A stretch of 64,000 nt of DNA. Source: Phoronis australis (Eukaryota > Animalia > Phoronida). Numbering within the stretch: the stretch's first letter is position 1; each line of letters starts with the position of its first letter. The stretch lies in the NCBI GenBank assembly GCA_002633005.1, contig NMRA01000671.1, positions 1 through 64,000 on the forward strand. The letters run 5' to 3'. Below the pieces are notes generated by a model. That model was not told the origin of the DNA. It did not search any database and saw only the letters and a program-made list of their open reading frames with translations. Positions 62,492 through 64,000 of the stretch are shown here, one piece after another. Made by a program: the position numbers and the translations under genes.

Positions 62492-64000
62492 AACTAGAAA
62501 GATTATTGTCAAGGCATGACAATAATGGACTCTGCGCGTGTATTACAGGAATTGTTATGGAAAATCATTGACAACAACCTGTTTATTAATATGAAAAGGA
62601 ATTCTTTTTAAACAGTAGGAGAAATTACATCTTAATACTTTGAAGACCTTTGAACTAATTGACCCCTTCTGGTGCATTGTGAGCCCTGATGAGGGAATAA
62701 GTGTATACTCGATTAAAAGTGTGGTTAATGCTAAGAATCTCAGATGTCTTACATGAAACTCTTTAGAATATGAGATGACAGAATTGGTCAAAGTTTCAGA
62801 AGAAAAATGCACCTAACGACCCCATGGGGGTACCAAATGACCTGAAACTTTAGAATTCAAACTCAATCGCAAACAGATATGTAATTTTGAGATCTCTAGT
62901 TTTAGTTTGCACTAAATGACCATTGGCCTATTTCTTCTGATTGGATGGGCATATTGATTAGTAAAGTAGGGTACTCGATTTGCATGTTGGTTTATACCAG
63001 TGTGCTGAAATTGAAAAGAATTCCTTGAAAATGCAGAAGATATAACATTTTTAACGTTAAATGACCTTTGCACTAATTGACCCTATCCGGTGCATTGTAA
63101 GCATATATAGGAAAGTTATTGCACAGCACGTGAAAAGTTTGTTTAATGCTGAGAATCACAGTTATCCAACGGTTGACACATCAGAATACTTGGAGAATAA
63201 AAAGGACAAATTTACAAAAGAAAACTGCACCTAATTACCCCCATGGTTGCACTAAATGACCTAAAATTTTGTATTTCGCATTGAATTAGAGGTACCAATC
63301 AGACTTGTGAATTTAGAGTGTCTAGCTCAAAATTTTAGTTTGCACTCAATGACCTTTGACCTATTTTCTCTGAATGGATGGCCTATTGCTTACTAAAGTA
63401 GGGTATTTCATTGACATCTAGGTTCATACCAATGTGCTGGAAATGAAGAGAATTCCTTGAAAAATGTAGGAGAAAACACCTTTTCAAAGTGGATGACCTT
63501 TGCACTAATTGACCCCATCCAGTGCATTACGAGCCCTTTTAGTAGAACTATTGCAAAGTCCATGAAGAGTATATTTAATGCTGAGAATCATAGTTGTCTA
63601 ACGGTTTAAACATCAGAATACTTGGTGAATGAAAAGGACAAATTTTCTGAAGAAATATGCATCTAACGACCCCATGGTTGCACTAAATGACCTGAAATTT
63701 TGTATTTCGAATTGAATTAGACGTACAGTGTAACAATCAGACTTGTGAATTTGAAGTGTCTAGCTCCAAATTTTAGTTTGCACCTAATTACCTTTGACCT
63801 GTTTTATCTGATTGGACGGTTCGATTACTTAGAAAAGTAACTTGTTTAAATTGCCTTGTTGACTTATACGTATGCACCGAATTTGAAAAAGATAACTTTA
63901 ACACCGAAGGAGGAGTAGCATTTTGAAAATTACATAACTTTTGCACAAAACAACCTTTTCCGGTGCAATATGGATTATGATTAGATAACGAATCAAATTT
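62492..64000 (-). mobile_element. HINE copy D (reverse orientation, more diverged, runs off the window end)
   Basis: AACTAG...attattgtca-aggca-tgacaataat...gactctgcgcgtg is the reverse complement of the HINE 3' end, followed by inverted ~435-bp central repeats. Confidence 0.8.

Noticed and set aside
1-64000. tRNA, rRNA or prokaryotic defence or operon systems
   Set aside because: None recognisable; the sequence is intron-rich eukaryotic DNA without long ORFs.

Overview
AT-rich eukaryotic (marine-invertebrate-like) genomic DNA, not prokaryotic. Most ORF-track entries are spurious. The window is dominated by one + strand multi-exon gene. I traced 13 exons from 2066 to 60974 (GT-AG introns, all phases compatible, 2541 nt = 847 codons, 3' end beyond the window). 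It encodes a secreted VWDE-like protein: signal peptide, UMOD/GP2/OIT3-like D8C domain, Ig-like region, VWD domain, RRKR furin site and post-VWD Cys region. The introns hold many transposon relics: a head-to-tail array of Helentron-associated (HINE/DINE-1-like) elements with ~435-bp internal repeats, a Sola3 element with TTAA target duplication nested inside an 8.3-kb TIR-bounded unit, two inverted ISL2EU-like copies, and Academ, Harbinger, Gypsy, Ngaro-like and LINE fragments. The most notable observations are (i) TA->TACATGTA/TACAGTA/TACAGTGTA insertions visible between paralogous repeat copies, matching Tc1/mariner excision footprints and plausibly explaining a strong TACATGTA excess, (ii) a frameshifted duplicate of exon 3, and (iii) repeated CCAAT+perfect DR1 modules in intron 1. 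All family assignments come from motifs recognised by eye, not from database searches.
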